DNA of 64,000 nt from Candidatus Bathyarchaeia archaeon (lineage in GTDB: Archaea; Thermoproteota; Bathyarchaeia; Bathyarchaeales; Bathycorpusculaceae): positions 64,001 to 128,000 of the forward strand of contig JBEKSS010000007.1 of NCBI GenBank assembly GCA_049516875.1, read 5' to 3'. The position numbers and the translations under genes were made by a program. The notes below the pieces were generated by a model that was given only the letters and a program-made list of their open reading frames with translations, ran no database searches and had not been told where the DNA came from. Shown here in pieces: positions 58,147-64,000 of the stretch (position 1 is the first letter of the stretch; each line of letters opens with the position of its first letter).

Positions 58147-58823
58147 TTGTCGACCAACCTAAGATCTTTCACTCTGAACACGCCGGAGTAGCCTCTATAT
58201 GAGACATCATGGTCAAGAATTTCTATTTTCTTCTTGAAAAAAGGTGCATCAGTTACAGTCGTCTCTATTTCCCCACCTTCTCCGGCAGGGCTCAAACCAT
58301 ATTCTTCCTTCAGTCTCTCGAGCTTATGAATCATGTCATTATCTAAGTTTCTTCCCAGGAATTTTTCATCCAAGGGAAAAGCAAAGACGCCTGATATTAT
58401 GACTTCGTATTTGTTTTTGACAACCTCGTTCAGGAGCTCTATTTCATCCTTTAGCCATAAGGGGTTGAAACACCATAAACCGAGTTGTTTGCAGATTCTC
58501 TGTACTCGAGTTGACTGGTAAATTGATTTCACGGCACCTGTCACGATTCCCTCCAAATCGAAATCAGCTTTAGCCGTGCCGAGAGCTTTTTTCAGGTCTT
58601 CAAGTTCCTTCTCCTTCTTGCCCTCCGTCTTTCTTTGAACAAGCGGCAATCCAATGGCTTCAGCTTGTTTACCAGTCATTTCTATGTTGGGAACATGAAA
58701 CATGTAGCTTTCCTGGCTTTCAGAGATCAAACTGATCAGGCAAACGACATCATGAAAACTCTTCGATTTGTGTAACGCCAAACACGAATCTTTTCCCCCT
58801 GAGAACAGTACTCCAACTCTCAT
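58143..58823 (-). CDS. dph6: Diphthine--ammonia ligase (diphthamide synthetase)
   Basis: LFSGGKDS, SYMFH, YQSTR, NPLW, AGEGGEIET. Confidence 0.92.
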   Translation of the reverse strand: MRVGVLFSGGKDSCLALHKSKSFHDVVCLISLISESQESYMFHVPNIEMTGKQAEAIGLPLVQRKTEGKKEKELEDLKKALGTAKADFDLEGIVTGAVKSIYQSTRVQRICKQLGLWCFNPLWLKDEIELLNEVVKNKYEVIISGVFAFPLDEKFLGRNLDNDMIHKLERLKEEYGLSPAGEGGEIETTVTDAPFFKKKIEILDHDVSYRGYSGVFRVKDLRLVDK

Positions 58824-58985
58824 GAAAGGGACTAGAGCATCCTATTTTATAAAGACATTTTCGCGTGTCCAAGACTCATCGTAACCACGAAACCTGCCAT
58901 GGGTCGCATTGCGTTGTTGCACGAGTATGTGAAGAATGAGAAAAAGCATCGGAGACCTAAAGCGCGTGTTCCATCGCGTCTGTGT

Positions 58986-59357
58986 TCATATGGCAATCCT
59001 TTTTCTCTTTTCAGTCAACTTCGTTATCTTGTCTTCAAAATGGCGGGTTAGGAAAGTCACAATTGTCGTTGTCAAGACTCCGGCGAGGAATACATTGACG
59101 TTTGTTATGAAGAAACCTGTGGCGGCGACTAACGCTCCCAAACCTGCTATGATCCAGCACATTCTATTATGCGATTTTGCTTCCCCTATTCTGTGGTCTA
59201 AATGTCTGAGCACTTTGTCTTCGTCATCTCGGCTGAGAGTATCAAGAAATTGGTGTTCGCACTGAGTTGAACACAAGGCAATGTTCAACGTTTTGTCCTT
59301 GAACAACAACTTTGAAGTCACCTTGCCGCACATAGAACAAGATCTTTCTTCTTTCAT
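58986..59357 (-). CDS. Zn-finger (TRASH/HIT-like) two-TM membrane protein
   Basis: CSMC...CSTQC, then two hydrophobic helices. Confidence 0.65.
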   Translation of the reverse strand: MKEERSCSMCGKVTSKLLFKDKTLNIALCSTQCEHQFLDTLSRDDEDKVLRHLDHRIGEAKSHNRMCWIIAGLGALVAATGFFITNVNVFLAGVLTTTIVTFLTRHFEDKITKLTEKRKRIAI

Positions 59358-59369
59358 TGCACTGACCGA

Positions 59370-61760
59370 CTATCTCGTTCTGGTTTCATGCATCAGATAA
59401 GCGCGCGCACTCAGATAATTGAATTCGGAAATGTTTTTCTGCGCATTCAGTAAGGCTTGGGAAAACTCTGCCGTCGGTTCTTCCTCTTGCGTGAACGTGT
59501 TACCTGAGAGTTCATAGTGTATCCCGTTAGTGAGCGAGGCTATTATTTTCGTGGTGAAGGAGCTGGAAATCGTTTGCAGCTTAGTATAAGTTGGAATAGT
59601 ATCTGTCTGCAACTTTGCAGAGATTGGAACCGTGTTTACAACCACCGTGTACACATTTTCTTTCCTTATGAGTTGAGAAACTGAAACGACGTCTTTGATA
59701 GCTTCGTCCTCATACTTGTAGAGGGACATGTTCAGGGTGTTGAATTCGCGGATTTCGCCTGTTTGCAAGTCTCGCCTCAGAGGGACATTTGCGTCTCCGT
59801 CGGTCACAATGACCATCACAGGTATCGTGGAGGGGTCTCTACGCTTAGATTCTCTCAGGACCTCAAGTGCCTTTTGCATCCCTGCGGCTAAAGGTGTGAA
59901 ACCGCTTATCCGCAATCTCAGAAGCTTGTTAGCGACCATCTTCACATTTGCCGTGGGATGTTGAACCACGACAGCTCCCGTCTCTTTGAATGCCACTATT
60001 CCAACCTTATCCCTGTAGCGGTAAGCGTCGCTGTGCAGCTTCAGCATCACTTCTTTTATGCTGTCAATGCTGCTAAGCATTGATTCGCTCAAGTCTAGAA
60101 CAAAGGCCATTGTCATCGGAGCACGGTAGATCCTCACCTTTTCCCTAACGTCTTCCGGGCGTATCGAAAGAGACACACCCGTTGGCTTGTCCCTGAACTT
60201 TTGGATTCTTGCTGCAGTCCTAATTGTTGCTGGAAAATGAATGTCAGAAGGCTTGCCTTCCGGAATCTTCCATCCTCGAGCCCGCCCTCTGTGAGCGCAT
60301 GCTACGGCTTCGGCTCTTTTTCCGACGCTATTCGTAGGGTGTTTCAACTCTTTCCTCACTTTAAACAAGAATCCGAAGTGCAGGAGTCTACCTTCGCGAA
60401 TCCTGTCAATGAACGCTGCACCTCTAGTCACCTTTGGACGAGACCACTTGTTTTTTTCAGTCAGAGTGGCACTGCCGCGTTTCTCAGGTTCTGACTCAAA
60501 TAAGAAACGAGGGGTGCTGCCGTCGTTAATCGTTAACTTCAGATTGTCCGAACCGGAATCTCCTAACCTGCCTTTGCTTGCTTCTTCCCTTGTGACAGGG
60601 CCTTTCTTGCCTCTTCCGAAGGGAAGAAGGGTTCTCCTTTTCTCCTCTTGCGATGGTTGCTTTTCCTTGTTTTCCTTTTCTCTCACCTTTTCCACCTTGG
60701 TGCTCTCATCGCCTTGGTGAGATTTTGCTTCCTCGAGCTTGGCGAGTAACGCTTCCTTGATTTCTTTCGGCGTGGCCGGCTCTAGAAAACCGCCTTCTCT
60801 AGTTCTGTGGCTCAGAGCAAGCTCGGCGGCTGTGAGAATGTCCTTCGATGTTACTTCCATTCTGTTTTCGAAAGCTGCCAGTGTTCTTGCGGTCTTGGCT
60901 ATCACGATGTCTGGGCGCATTCCGTCGACCTTTAGTTCTAGACACAATTCGGAAATTATCTTGATGAATCCATCGCTGATCTTGACGTTTGCAAGAATCT
61001 TTTTGGCTTCATCTATCTTCTGTTTGAGCTCTTCCTGCTTGGCGCCATATTTCTTCACGAAGTCTTCCGGATCGGCTTCGAACTCCATGTTTCTCTTCAC
61101 TACTTCAGCCCTTTCATTCGTATCCGAGATTCTGCGGACCTCAACAGACAGCGGTAGCCTGTCCAAAAGTTGGGGTCTAATCTGGCCTTCTTCCGGGTTC
61201 ATCGTCCCAATGAAGATGAACCGTGAAGGATGCTTGACAGATATGCCTTCACGTTCTACAACGTTCCAGCCTGTAGCGGCAGCATCTAGCAGATCGTCTG
61301 CTATGTGGTCTGGAAGCAGATTGATTTCGTCCACATAGAGTATGTTCTGATTCGCCTCTGCCAAGATGCCTGGTTCGAGAGCTTCAACACCCATTTTGAT
61401 GGCCTTTTCCACATTGAGGCTTCCTACAACCCTGTCCTCAGTTGCTCCGAGAGGAAGCTCAACGACTCTCATTCTCTTCTTTTCAAACTGAAGTTTCACA
61501 TTCTTGATGTAGAGGCTTCTACACCCATCACACATGTTTGAAGGATCATCCGGGTTGCAGTTGAATGGGCAATCCTTGGACACCTTCACGTTTGATGCAA
61601 TTTGAGCCAACGCTCTGACGGCCGTCGTCTTCCCAGACCCTTTTGCCCCCCTAACCAGCAAGCCGCCAATCCTGGGGTTGATGGCATTCAGAATCAAAGC
61701 CAGCCTTAAATCATCTAAGGAGACAATCGCAGAGAAAGGATAAGTCAATGACTCCTGCAT
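59370..61760 (-). CDS. Magnesium chelatase ChlI/ChlD-like AAA+ ATPase fused to a vWA domain
   Basis: [39 protein letters not shown]; MIDAS DLSESM, TPLAAG, TDG. Confidence 0.9.
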   Translation of the reverse strand: MQESLTYPFSAIVSLDDLRLALILNAINPRIGGLLVRGAKGSGKTTAVRALAQIASNVKVSKDCPFNCNPDDPSNMCDGCRSLYIKNVKLQFEKKRMRVVELPLGATEDRVVGSLNVEKAIKMGVEALEPGILAEANQNILYVDEINLLPDHIADDLLDAAATGWNVVEREGISVKHPSRFIFIGTMNPEEGQIRPQLLDRLPLSVEVRRISDTNERAEVVKRNMEFEADPEDFVKKYGAKQEELKQKIDEAKKILANVKISDGFIKIISELCLELKVDGMRPDIVIAKTARTLAAFENRMEVTSKDILTAAELALSHRTREGGFLEPATPKEIKEALLAKLEEAKSHQGDESTKVEKVREKENKEKQPSQEEKRRTLLPFGRGKKGPVTREEASKGRLGDSGSDNLKLTINDGSTPRFLFESEPEKRGSATLTEKNKWSRPKVTRGAAFIDRIREGRLLHFGFLFKVRKELKHPTNSVGKRAEAVACAHRGRARGWKIPEGKPSDIHFPATIRTAARIQKFRDKPTGVSLSIRPEDVREKVRIYRAPMTMAFVLDLSESMLSSIDSIKEVMLKLHSDAYRYRDKVGIVAFKETGAVVVQHPTANVKMVANKLLRLRISGFTPLAAGMQKALEVLRESKRRDPSTIPVMVIVTDGDANVPLRRDLQTGEIREFNTLNMSLYKYEDEAIKDVVSVSQLIRKENVYTVVVNTVPISAKLQTDTIPTYTKLQTISSSFTTKIIASLTNGIHYELSGNTFTQEEEPTAEFSQALLNAQKNISEFNYLSARAYLMHETRTR

Positions 61761-62027
61761 CTCTATCTAAGTAGACATAGGGAAAAGATGCAATTAAAGA
61801 ATTTGCCGCAGCTTTCGGATTGATAAGACCGTGGCCTGAATAGCAAGCGCTGTTACTCCTGCCAAAATCAACAATGCTGTGGTCACGGTTGACGAGTCAC
61901 GCGACACTGAATCAACAATAATGCGGAAACACATGATCATCGCACTTGCAATGACCATGGCAACTGGTATGCTCACAGGAGTATTAGTTAATCTAGGTAT
62001 CTAACAACGTTTCAATGTCCACAATTT

Positions 62028-62759
62028 TCATGATCGCTCGATCTTTGCAGTGATTTCTTGCACCTTTTTTGCAAAAGTTGTCTCCAAGAGCGCATCCTTT
62101 TCTCCGATTGTTGCTTCTATTTTTGTGTCATATGGTACGTCTCCAAGAAAAGTCAAACCAAGCATTCGCGCTTCTTTTTGCACCGTCCTTGACTGGTTCA
62201 TTTTCATGTTTTCTACAATGCCTATTACCGGGATTTTCAGCGCATGTAACAGACCGGCGAGTTTCTTCACTGTTTCAAAAGCTAATTGTGAGGGTGTCGT
62301 TACTATTAGAAACTCTATGCTTTTTACTAGTCTTATCAAGTCAAGAGTTGCATCGCCTATTCCCGGTGGCATATCTAAGATAAGATAATCCAGTTTTCCC
62401 CATCTGACAATCGACAACAATTCTATCAACGCGTTTGAAACGTCTGCTCCGCGTAGGGGGGCAGCACGGTTGCCTGAATAGTAGACTATTGACATGTATT
62501 TCAAACCGTGGATTCGGGGCGGGATTATGCCCTTTTCTTCTTTCGGCTGCAAGTCTTGGACACCTAGAATGACATGGGTTGATGGGCTCGTAAAATCCAA
62601 ATCGAACAGTCCGACCTTGAAGCCTTTCTTCGCAAGAATCAGGGCAAACGTTGAAGCAAACAGGCTTTTGCCGACTCCGCCTTTGCCGCCTGAAACAGCT
62701 ATGATGCGGCGTATCCCCTTCAATCTTCCATTCACTATGGTGATTCTAGGGTCAACCAT
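62028..62759 (-). CDS. Mrp/ApbC/NBP35 family P-loop ATPase
   Basis: SGGKGGVGKS, WGKLDYLILDMPPGIGD, ENM. Confidence 0.9.
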   Translation of the reverse strand: MVDPRITIVNGRLKGIRRIIAVSGGKGGVGKSLFASTFALILAKKGFKVGLFDLDFTSPSTHVILGVQDLQPKEEKGIIPPRIHGLKYMSIVYYSGNRAAPLRGADVSNALIELLSIVRWGKLDYLILDMPPGIGDATLDLIRLVKSIEFLIVTTPSQLAFETVKKLAGLLHALKIPVIGIVENMKMNQSRTVQKEARMLGLTFLGDVPYDTKIEATIGEKDALLETTFAKKVQEITAKIERS

Positions 62760-62761
62760 GC

Positions 62762-63160
62762 CTATTTCATTCCTTTAACACTTAGAAGCCAAATGCCGCG
62801 TCCTTCGAGCACTTCAAAATCTGGGCTGCCGCACTTTGCGCATTTAACGTAAGCATGTGCTACTTCTGGAACAAAATGGATGGCCTCAACCGCGCTTGCA
62901 TCCAGTTTTTCCTTGCTGAAAATCCAAGCATAACCGCAGGCTCGACACCTCAGCTTTGCCCTTGCCTTCACTATCTTGAACTCTGCGCTTTCAAGCTCGG
63001 CCTTCTTGAGCTGTGAGAGTGCAAACTCTAACACGTCCTGCTCTATTTGCTGCAGCTCGCCCACTCTTATCCTCACTTCTGTGACTTCTCTCAACCCCTC
63101 TTTCCTGGCTGCTTCAGAGGCTGCGGAAATCACTGCTTCGGCCAAGGCCCATTCATGCAT
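62762..63160 (-). CDS. hypA: Hydrogenase nickel incorporation protein HypA
   Basis: MHE N-terminus (ATG 63160), CRAC...CAKC. Confidence 0.93.
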   Translation of the reverse strand: MHEWALAEAVISAASEAARKEGLREVTEVRIRVGELQQIEQDVLEFALSQLKKAELESAEFKIVKARAKLRCRACGYAWIFSKEKLDASAVEAIHFVPEVAHAYVKCAKCGSPDFEVLEGRGIWLLSVKGMK

Positions 63161-63289
63161 ACAAAAGGCTACATGCAAGCACAATTTAAGAATATTGCAA
63201 AAGGATGACAAACCGTTGAAAAATGGCTCGCGCTTATTAAAGTCGCGCTCTATACTAGTCGCGGAAAGTGAAAACAAGCTGGGAATGGA

Positions 63290-63877
63290 TTGGCATCCGG
63301 TTCTGCCCTGCTAGGCGTTCTTCTCGGTTCTTTCATCTTGAACCTTATCCCTTTTGCCGGCCCTTCAAATCTTCTCATAGCTTCCAACGCTGCCTTGCTT
63401 GTCGACTCTGACCCGTTTACCCTCGGCTTCCTCGTCGCCCTAGGCTCAGCCTCAGCCAAGTTCATACACTATCTAGTCACTTTCTTTCTCGGAGGCTTCC
63501 TGAGTGAAAAACGCAGAGAACGCCTAAACGCCACGGGCTTAAAAGTGAAAAAATGGGCTTTTCTCGCCCTGTTCCTCGTAGCGGCCACGCCAGTCCCAGA
63601 CGAGCCAGTCATAATCCCACTAGGACTCGTGAAATACAACCCGGCCAAATTCTGCCTGGCAATATTCCTTGGAAAAGTCTTAATCACAATACTTGGAGCA
63701 TACCTCGGACAATTCGGCGAAAGCACTTTTTCATCACTCTTAACCCAAGAGGCCCTAGCAATCATCTCAGCAACCCTGACCATCGCCATAACAATCATAC
63801 TAATAAAAATCGACATCACCAAAATCGCCCAAAAAATCCAAAAAACAATAACCAAACAAAAACAACACAACCCCTAA
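63290..63877 (+). CDS. DedA/VTT (SNARE-associated Golgi) family membrane protein
   Basis: NLIPFAGP, ATPVPDEP..IPLG..Y...F....FLGK. Confidence 0.8.
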   Translation: MASGSALLGVLLGSFILNLIPFAGPSNLLIASNAALLVDSDPFTLGFLVALGSASAKFIHYLVTFFLGGFLSEKRRERLNATGLKVKKWAFLALFLVAATPVPDEPVIIPLGLVKYNPAKFCLAIFLGKVLITILGAYLGQFGESTFSSLLTQEALAIISATLTIAITIILIKIDITKIAQKIQKTITKQKQHNP

Positions 63878-64000
63878 CAAAACACCAACACCCCACACCA
63901 GTCATAAACCACAAACAAAAACAAACAAGATTGAGTCTCAAAGAAATCACGGATTGAGTACTCAAAAGCAGAAGGTCGAAACCCGACATGCAACCCGCAC

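Noticed and set aside
355-63957. Numerous antisense and alternate-frame ORFs inside called genes (e.g. 4429-4968, 15392-15913, 47692-48225, 60739-61338)
   Set aside because: Shadow ORFs of well-supported genes with no motifs of their own

Overview
Archaeal chromosomal segment, most consistent with Candidatus Bathyarchaeia (TACK). This is inferred from SmAP3, a short eL13, eL15-Rpp30-Pop5, BHB-intron tRNAs, CofE and DGGR. About 41 kb (3.3-44.8 kb) is a cell-surface supercluster: glmU-glmM, a prepilin peptidase and a complete non-archaellar type IV pilus locus (ATPase, TadC/FlaJ-like platform, six pilin-like proteins), a beta-helix/PKD/Ig adhesin, a putative S-layer protein, and a glycosylation island (GT2, GT4, two AftD-like GT-C proteins, methyltransferases, a PP-loop enzyme). 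The right part carries housekeeping genes, three tRNAs (two with introns), an orphan pilin, dph6 coupled to a glutamine amidotransferase, a ChlI/D-vWA ATPase and mrp-hypA. The most unusual signals are: (CG)4+ palindromes concentrated in non-coding DNA and at gene-decay junctions; a ~320-aa DUF2341 module shared by two unrelated pilins; a 1.5-kb methyltransferase cassette flanked by a duplicated gene end; an unannotated box C/D sRNA; and a pseudoknotted leader upstream of rpl15e. No CRISPR array, rRNA or transposase was found. All calls are by eye; no database searches were run.
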